From: Erysipelotrichaceae bacterium
GTDB lineage: Bacteria; Bacillota_I; Bacilli_A; RFN20; CAG-826
Reading direction: 5' to 3'
Length of the DNA stretch: 64,000 nt
Assembly: GCA_015059105.1 (NCBI GenBank)
Contig: SVBB01000009.1
Coordinates: forward strand, 252 to 64,251
The position numbers were made by a program, and so were the translations under genes. Under the pieces are notes generated by a model. It made no database searches, was not told the origin of the DNA, and was given only the letters and a program-made list of their open reading frames with translations. Numbering within the stretch: position 1 is the first letter of the stretch; every line of letters starts with the position of its first letter. Of the stretch, positions 57,238 through 64,000 are shown piece by piece.

Positions 57238-57740
57238 TGTTGATATGTATATGTCACAGTAAGGGTATAGTTAGACCCATCGTCAGTAACGATATATTTC
57301 GTTGGGAAACCGTATTTATCAAACACCATCTTTAAATTCGCTTTTTGAACTGTTAATGGGTTGATCATATATACTTGTCCACTGGTGATTGTGACGGTGC
57401 TCGCTTTAGTGTTCGCCGCGAGATAAGAATAGATAGCGATACCAGCAAAGACACCTAAATCTTCACATTCATATTTTGCAGTAGAGTCATCGAGGATAAA
57501 TAAACCGCTTTCTCCTAAACTATATTCTTCATGGAAAGAGAATTTATAATCTATTTCGTTATAGATGACGTTGCCGCCACCATCAATTATCTTTTTAGTG
57601 ACAGTTACTGCTTCCGCATCCTTATCCGCTTGTTTAGAAGCGATGACGAATTGGCTATATGGGACGATTGTGGTCACTTCTCCTCCACAGGAAGACAGTA
57701 ATAATAATGGTAATGATAATAATACAAGTTTATGTTTCAT
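57234..57740 (-). CDS. lipoprotein, hypothetical
   Basis: [18 protein letters not shown] lipobox. ATGA overlap with the macro gene. Confidence 0.6.
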   Translation of the reverse strand: MKHKLVLLSLPLLLLSSCGGEVTTIVPYSQFVIASKQADKDAEAVTVTKKIIDGGGNVIYNEIDYKFSFHEEYSLGESGLFILDDSTAKYECEDLGVFAGIAIYSYLAANTKASTVTITSGQVYMINPLTVQKANLKMVFDKYGFPTKYIVTDDGSNYTLTVTYTYQQ

Positions 57741-57909
57741 AATATGTGTTCCTACATTATCTATTATATTGTTAATCAAAGAATTTTATAAAATAAACTA
57801 TGTGGTGGCTATTTAGATTTATGAGACTTATATTCACCTTCTGGGGTTTCATAGCCTTTCTGTTGGCCGCGGTTGTTATCACATTTATTGTGTTTTTGCT
57901 CACATAAAA

Positions 57910-58713
57910 CTAGAGTATTTTAAGGAATTCTATTATTGTCTCTTTTACCTCATCATAATCTACTTCAACCCACGAATGTTTTGACTTGCTCGCCTCTTTT
58001 TCAAAAAAGGGATCGTTTAGCGTTTCTTCAATTGATAAAACTATGTCGTAAATAGTGTTAATATCTCTATAATTCAAAGATATAAACAAATTAAGAATCT
58101 CTTTTAGTTTCTGTATATTCAACAAATTATTATCAATTAGATAATATAGGTCATAGATATCTTTAAAGCGTGTACTATTGAGCCCAAACTTGACCAACGA
58201 CATAAGTTTTTCTGCGAACACTTGTTCACATGGATTTGCTTTTAATGGGAAAGAAATATTATCCCCAAATTCAAACACAATAACACTTTGAGCAATCGCG
58301 TGATAGGTATGAACACCAATATCAAGTTTAATCATTAGTTCATCATCATTATCATCGCTTAACTTAAGATGCACTCTTCTTCCTTGATAGTCCTCTTGGT
58401 GTAGTTCTTCTATCTCGCCACCAATTGACACTTTTATTCCATCATTCAAATTATTGAGTTGATCAACAAGCAACACAATTGAATTGTTATCAATTGGATA
58501 TCGAAGCAAATCAAAATCAATATCGCGAGTAACGCGTCTTTTGTTTTTTGATAAATGGTACATGATTATTCCACCCTTTATGGTGATAAATCTAGATACA
58601 CGAGAAGCGGCAATCTTTTTTAGTATTATTTCTTCTGCCGCTAAATTTTGAGAGGTTAGATAATTGTTATCTTGCTTTAAATACTTACTTATCATGGAAG
58701 ATATGTTCATCAA
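57910..58713 (-). CDS. abiEii: AbiEii/AbiGii-family nucleotidyltransferase toxin
   Basis: ITIKGGIIMYHLSKNKRRVTRDIDFDL. Confidence 0.75.
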   Translation of the reverse strand: MMNISSMISKYLKQDNNYLTSQNLAAEEIILKKIAASRVSRFITIKGGIIMYHLSKNKRRVTRDIDFDLLRYPIDNNSIVLLVDQLNNLNDGIKVSIGGEIEELHQEDYQGRRVHLKLSDDNDDELMIKLDIGVHTYHAIAQSVIVFEFGDNISFPLKANPCEQVFAEKLMSLVKFGLNSTRFKDIYDLYYLIDNNLLNIQKLKEILNLFISLNYRDINTIYDIVLSIEETLNDPFFEKEASKSKHSWVEVDYDEVKETIIEFLKIL

Positions 58714-59255
58714 ATAAGCTCCTTTATTTTGAATAACAATCTGCCCCCATTTTTAAAACCCTTCGCGTACTTATTTAATTTAATATAATCGAGTTTATCC
58801 TTTATCTTTCGATATGAGTTTAGAACCTCATAATATATTTCAGGCGAATATCTCCCTTTTAGTCTTATTAATTCTATTAACATTCTTTCAAGGTCATATA
58901 TTCTTATAAGACCATTTTTTGTTTCCACTATAGACACACCAATATTAATAATTGATGGGTTTTGATATGATTGGCTTATATCATCTTTCCTAATTGGGAA
59001 ACTGTGTTGAGGAGTAACCACATCATATTTCTGAGGAACATAGTCTGTTAAATCATAAAAGCTAAACGCATATAAGCCAGTCAGAATAGCGTTAGGGTAT
59101 CTTTTGAAAATGCAGGCTTCTGTTTCTATAAATTCATTTTGATTATCAGAATACATTCCTCTACTAATCATGTATAAAGAATGGCTCTTAACCTTTTCCT
59201 TAATTGAATATTGGGTTTCCCCCATTTGTAACAATTCTTTAGTACTATAGATCAT
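58710..59255 (-). CDS. abiEi: AbiEi-type antitoxin/transcriptional regulator
   Basis: N-terminal segment of the TKELLQMGETQYSIKEKVKSHSLYMISRGMYS type. 4-nt overlap with the toxin gene. Confidence 0.65.
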   Translation of the reverse strand: MIYSTKELLQMGETQYSIKEKVKSHSLYMISRGMYSDNQNEFIETEACIFKRYPNAILTGLYAFSFYDLTDYVPQKYDVVTPQHSFPIRKDDISQSYQNPSIINIGVSIVETKNGLIRIYDLERMLIELIRLKGRYSPEIYYEVLNSYRKIKDKLDYIKLNKYAKGFKNGGRLLFKIKELI

Positions 59256-59532
59256 AATACTAATTTATGTTTTTCTAGGTCTTTTGTCAATTATCACCTA
59301 GATTTTCATAAATTGTTATCGAGCATTAGAGAAATAGGCGTATTTAAATCAATAATGAATTATGTCCCTATGTTTACACAAGAAAAATAACTCGTCAAGC
59401 GACCCTCTGTAGTTACCTATAATATATATAGTTAAGTTATATAACTTATAGACTACTCTTATGTCTATATATTATAGGTAAATTTTTCCTAATGATAAAA
59501 AAGAACCGGCCTTTTGACGGGCTGGTATTCTT

Positions 59533-60774
59533 CTATTTATCTAAATCTTTTTCCAATTGATCGAACACATCATTGAACCTTGAGCCAAGTTTATTCTCTT
59601 TGGGTTGTTCAACTTCTTGTTTAACGGGTTCTTTTTGTTTGTTCTTTTTAGTTTTAAACTTACCATTTTTAATAATCGCATCTTCTTTTAGTAAACAAGA
59701 CAACGATGGGAATGGCATATTATCTAATTCTTCTTCAGAAATGCCTAATTTAGACAAGAATTCTTTAAATGTGATGATTTCAATGTTCTTGCCATTATCA
59801 ATTGCTTCTTGGACATATTTGAGGCGGTTACAAATATCAAGGCTACCATCTTCTTTATATCTATCATATCTTACAAAGATATCAGATTCTGAACCCTTAA
59901 GAACGTATGTTCCACCTCTATTTACAATCATCTGAACGATATTCATTATCTGTACAAAGTGTTCAAATTCATAATTGATGCCGATACTTATCTTCTTACC
60001 ATCGAATATCTTTTCTACTTCTTCGGTGATAGTCGCGTTATCTAAGAACTGTAGAAGAAGCTTTTTATTCTCATGATGATTGGTAAGATTCGTGCCATCA
60101 CCAGTATATTTACCATCCGCGATAGCTTTCACCATTCTTTTTTCTCTTTCGGCTTTTGCTTCTTTTCGTTTTTTATAAGAAGCGATGACGAAATCCACTG
60201 TTTCATCTTTCGCTTTTGGAGATTTGGCAATAAGATCTTCTAACGATATTTCATACTTATTAAGCATCGCCTTTAATTCGAGCATCGTTGTATATGCATC
60301 TGATTTAGCGTCGTGCTCTTTATATTCATCAGTAATTTCTAATAAATCTCTTAATCTAGTTACCCCAACGTCTTCTTTTGTTCCCACAAGAACTTTATAG
60401 AATTCTTTGATGTCGTAAAATACGCAGTTGATTGGTTTTAGATGATATCTTTGGCATTCATCGTTGATACCTTGGATATCGCCCGCGACAGTATGACCAA
60501 ATACATAATCGGCTTGGTTAAATAGCGCCTTTATCTCGTCATAGAACGCATCAAATGTTGGTTGTTCTTCATAGAACGATTTCTTTCTATATAACAACTT
60601 TTTAAGCGCGTAATAATCCCATTGATCACTTAAGATATTAGGATTGATATAGAAGTTACCACTTTTTATTGCTGTGAAACTCTCATCACATATCACATAT
60701 CCAAATTCACATACTTTATATTGGTTATTGAAACATGATGCTTTTTCTAAATCGAACACTAAATATTTCTTCAT
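59533..60774 (-). CDS. DEDDh 3'-5' exonuclease domain protein with extra C-terminal domain
   Basis: VFDLEKAS, GHTVAGDIQG, HDAKSDAYTT. Confidence 0.65.
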   Translation of the reverse strand: MKKYLVFDLEKASCFNNQYKVCEFGYVICDESFTAIKSGNFYINPNILSDQWDYYALKKLLYRKKSFYEEQPTFDAFYDEIKALFNQADYVFGHTVAGDIQGINDECQRYHLKPINCVFYDIKEFYKVLVGTKEDVGVTRLRDLLEITDEYKEHDAKSDAYTTMLELKAMLNKYEISLEDLIAKSPKAKDETVDFVIASYKKRKEAKAEREKRMVKAIADGKYTGDGTNLTNHHENKKLLLQFLDNATITEEVEKIFDGKKISIGINYEFEHFVQIMNIVQMIVNRGGTYVLKGSESDIFVRYDRYKEDGSLDICNRLKYVQEAIDNGKNIEIITFKEFLSKLGISEEELDNMPFPSLSCLLKEDAIIKNGKFKTKKNKQKEPVKQEVEQPKENKLGSRFNDVFDQLEKDLDK

Positions 60775-60786
60775 TGTTAGTCTCCT

Positions 60787-61455
60787 TTAGTTTAATTCTG
60801 ATGGTTTTAATGGAACATTAACAACTTTCCCAATAACCACTACATTCCCGTTGTCTTTATCGTAACATATCCTGTGGTTTGAATGGGGATACTTTGCCAT
60901 TATTTCAGACTCAACTTGATCTAATATTTCATCAATTGTTAGCTCATCATCGTATAACGTATGATTCGTTATCGATATAAACATGTTTTCTGTAGAGCCA
61001 GAGTTCTTCTTGGCAAATTCAACTAATTTGTTAGCAGCATTGAGAATGTCTTGAACTCTCTTTTCCTCTCTTTTATAAGCTTGCCTGCGTTGAGCATCAC
61101 TAAATCCGCATGATATAATTCGTCCGTCTTTATCAATCTTCATGATATACTGTTTACCTTTAAATGTGTTTTGGACTTTTAATTCTGGGTGGTCTTTCAA
61201 ATACTGATTGATTAATAATGCTGCTCGTTTAGCTGCATTTAACACCGCACCTGATTCTGTATAGCAAATTGATTTAACTTTTGTTTCAATAAGCGGAAGT
61301 TCAATTTCGCATATCCATCTATCCAAGTCATATTTTTCAGCGTATATTTCATAGTCCTTAAATGAAGGGTGGGCATTCCTTATCCAGTATTCCACCCACA
61401 TTAGGTTGTTCGCGTTTTTCTCAATTGTTTTGTTGCTCATGGTTTTTACCATCAC
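60787..61455 (-). CDS. hypothetical protein
   Basis: Track ORF. The start is uncertain (GTG/ATG cluster). Confidence 0.45.
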   Translation of the reverse strand: MMVKTMSNKTIEKNANNLMWVEYWIRNAHPSFKDYEIYAEKYDLDRWICEIELPLIETKVKSICYTESGAVLNAAKRAALLINQYLKDHPELKVQNTFKGKQYIMKIDKDGRIISCGFSDAQRRQAYKREEKRVQDILNAANKLVEFAKKNSGSTENMFISITNHTLYDDELTIDEILDQVESEIMAKYPHSNHRICYDKDNGNVVVIGKVVNVPLKPSELN

Positions 61456-61544
61456 TTTCTACCGACTTCTTTGTCGGCAAAATTACTTTACAACAAAAAC
61501 TATCAATAAATTGATTTTGTCCCAAACGAGGTTACAAACAGCGA

Positions 61545-63107
61545 TTACTCTTTCGCAATTTTCATCATTTCGTCGTTATAATAACGATAGAATTCTAATA
61601 TAAATTGCACTGGTTTAGCGACATCAACTTTTATATTGTGGTCAGATAAAGTTAATTCATTAAGGAACGTATATCTAAGTATGTATGCCCAAAACAAAAC
61701 AACACACCTCAATGCATATAACTCAACAATGATTGGGGTTGCATTAAACGAATATCCACTAGCATGGGCAATATCAACCGCAACCTTATATGCTGTAAAA
61801 TAGTCGTCTCTTTCTATTTCCTTACTAAACATTTTTAATGATTCTCTAATCAAATTGTTATAGCTTTTCTTTCCACTATTTTCAAAGAAATAAAGACTAT
61901 TATGTGCCATCTTATCTTTGAATTTTTCATAAGAATCTAGCTTATATTTGGCTTTATAATAGTTGTCGTAAACAGGCTTTAACATCATATCAATGTCGGT
62001 TTTATCAACATCAATTTTCATATCCTTTATACAGCTATCAACTTGCATAATAGATGAACACCAAAAAGCTGTTTTTAAGTATTTCATTTCTTCCTGATTG
62101 CTGGCCGAGTTTATAAAATTAAACGTGCCTGCATTTTCCATAAAAACCCTGAATGCAGCAATAGTTTGTTCATTATAACCAAGGGAAATTGATATCAACA
62201 TATTGATGGCTATATCTCTCATCTTATTTAGGAAAAATAAAGTCATGTTATCTGTGCCATTTTCAAATACACCAAATTGCTTGCTCAGTTCATAAAAGAT
62301 ATACCTAATCGCAACAATATTTTCATCGAGGTATTTTGCCTTTTCGTTTTCAAACAAATCTTGATGAGGAGTAGGAAGTTCACCATCATTCGCTATAAAA
62401 TAATTGTTGGCATTAAAATACAACATAACGTAGGATAGCAATGTTTCAATCATCGCCATTCTCAATTTCATATTAAGCTTTTCAACATTGGGCATATGTT
62501 CATAACGCGGGTGCTCAAAAATAGAAAAGAAAGTATATATCTTAACGAACATTTCGTCGTACGGATTATACTTATTGATGATATCAATCATACGGATGCC
62601 GTCTTTTGGACTTTTCATTAAAAAGGATAACGGGTCATTTAAAAACACTTCCCTCTTTTTAATCATTTGTTTTAATTCTGTTTTATCTATTCCAAAAATA
62701 TCAGAATAAATATCTAAAGCAATCTCTTTGTCTTGGTTTATCTTTCTATCAAATATTGAATCACCCAATCCAACTTTTTTAAGAATAGATACTAAATTTG
62801 CGTTATCCACTAACGAATATTGATACCTATACAAACGGACTTGCTTTTCATTAATCTTCCCTATTTTATACATATGCAAAAGGGAAATAGCCTCAATAAT
62901 AGCGCGACAGCTATTGTCAACACCAATCGATTCAATACTTCCAACTTCATAGTTCAATAAAATATTCACAACATTAGACATAATGTCGTCGCTAAAACCA
63001 AGTATTAAATATTGCTCATCAGACAATTCTTTATTATCAAATTGCTTCTGTATATCAAAATGATGTTTTTTTGCAGCTTTATATAAACGGAGATACGCTT
63101 TTCTCAT
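61545..63107 (-). CDS. large hypothetical helical protein
   Basis: Track ORF. No motif recognised. Confidence 0.5.
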   Translation of the reverse strand: MRKAYLRLYKAAKKHHFDIQKQFDNKELSDEQYLILGFSDDIMSNVVNILLNYEVGSIESIGVDNSCRAIIEAISLLHMYKIGKINEKQVRLYRYQYSLVDNANLVSILKKVGLGDSIFDRKINQDKEIALDIYSDIFGIDKTELKQMIKKREVFLNDPLSFLMKSPKDGIRMIDIINKYNPYDEMFVKIYTFFSIFEHPRYEHMPNVEKLNMKLRMAMIETLLSYVMLYFNANNYFIANDGELPTPHQDLFENEKAKYLDENIVAIRYIFYELSKQFGVFENGTDNMTLFFLNKMRDIAINMLISISLGYNEQTIAAFRVFMENAGTFNFINSASNQEEMKYLKTAFWCSSIMQVDSCIKDMKIDVDKTDIDMMLKPVYDNYYKAKYKLDSYEKFKDKMAHNSLYFFENSGKKSYNNLIRESLKMFSKEIERDDYFTAYKVAVDIAHASGYSFNATPIIVELYALRCVVLFWAYILRYTFLNELTLSDHNIKVDVAKPVQFILEFYRYYNDEMMKIAKE

Positions 63108-63451
63108 CTATTTCTACTCCTTAAAGTCGTATGAACTATCCAACGGTCAAATTCTTTTTGGAACATATTTCCTGCCTGAATTAACGCAACTAAGGGAATC
63201 GAAGAGGAAATACCATCAATGCATTTTATTAGTTTTTGAATATATTCATTTTGATCCATTAATACCGCTCACACTTAAATAATATCTATTAATGTTTCAT
63301 CTTTATTATATGAGAAGCATTGTGTTCATTTAATAATTAACTTCTAGTTTCTTCCAAACCTAATACCATCATAGCTCTAAATAAATGGGGACAAAGGTGT
63401 CGTTTTCCTCTTGTTCCCATAACAACCGCTCACACTTAATAAACTAGTTTT

Positions 63452-63976
63452 TTAAACGCTTTGCGTTTTTCTCATAAATAGTTCTCTATTAACATATTCC
63501 GTTGTTGGATCAACAATATTCCTTGCGGTGTAGATTGCATATTTTTTAGCAAATCTTTCGAGAGGAAGGGTCGCTCTAGCATGAATATTACAGTTATTGT
63601 TTTCAATAACAAATTCATATTTACCGTCATCTAATTTAGTTACGTACCCTTTGGTTTCTTTCGCATACATTTCAATGAGTTCATCAGGCTCTTCATCATA
63701 AAGATCATAGATCATTTTAATGTCGTCACTATTAAGTTCAACTTCTTGATATTCGTTTCTATCTTTTGTCATGAATAGATCACACTTTCTAGCTTTGTTT
63801 AAGAACTCAAACATCGCATTTAGTACCACAACTTCAGCTTCATCGATGGTATCACCATAGCCAACGATTTCAAACGGAAGACCTTGAACATTTACTTTCA
63901 ATCTATATGCATCAATTGAACCAGTACGTGTGACTTCGTATTTAATAATCACCTTTCTTTCAAACATTGCATCCAT
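63452..63976 (-). CDS. hypothetical protein
   Basis: Track ORF. Confidence 0.45.
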   Translation of the reverse strand: MDAMFERKVIIKYEVTRTGSIDAYRLKVNVQGLPFEIVGYGDTIDEAEVVVLNAMFEFLNKARKCDLFMTKDRNEYQEVELNSDDIKMIYDLYDEEPDELIEMYAKETKGYVTKLDDGKYEFVIENNNCNIHARATLPLERFAKKYAIYTARNIVDPTTEYVNRELFMRKTQSV

Positions 63977-64000
63977 TTCATCTTGGAATTCTTTTAATTT

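Overview
Very AT-rich bacterial chromosome segment, looking like a low-GC Bacillota or Mycoplasmatota relative. It uses the standard code: long ORFs use TGG for Trp and TGA terminates. Almost every gene lies on the minus strand. The window reads as one long accessory and defence island. Confidently recognised features: a partial IS605-family TnpB at the left edge; AddA/AddB helicase-nuclease plus a PDDEXK_4 nuclease; a complete Type I R-M operon (hsdR-hsdM-hsdS); an AbiEi/AbiEii pair; an IS110-family transposase next to a decayed transposase HTH; three paralogous AAA-ATPase/PD-(D/E)xK (AAA_14-DUF4143-like) genes; BspA-type LRR proteins and lipoproteins; a soluble FtsK/SpoIIIE-like translocase; and several ADP-ribose-related genes (macro domain, ADP-ribosylglycohydrolase, DUF3990, a possible NADAR-like protein, a degenerate Fic). 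The most unusual locus is 34.9-38.8 kb, directly beside the Type I R-M. It holds a TM-less FtsH-like AAA+/M41 protease, then about 560 nt that is ORF-free, G+C-enriched and densely helical (several GNRA tetraloops on the plus strand). That segment is flanked by intrinsic terminators. Next come an XRE HTH gene, a HEPN (RNALCH) protein and a Rossmann-like protein. I could not assign the RNA-like segment to any family from memory. Other points worth following up: each AAA-nuclease gene is preceded by its own array of phased direct repeats; an occupied-versus-empty-site pattern suggests one AAA-nuclease cassette is mobile; there is a twin-DTG aspartic-protease-like protein, a sigma-region-4/alpha-CTD-like fusion, and tandem wHTH paralogs. 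All domain calls come from motifs read by eye. No database search was run.
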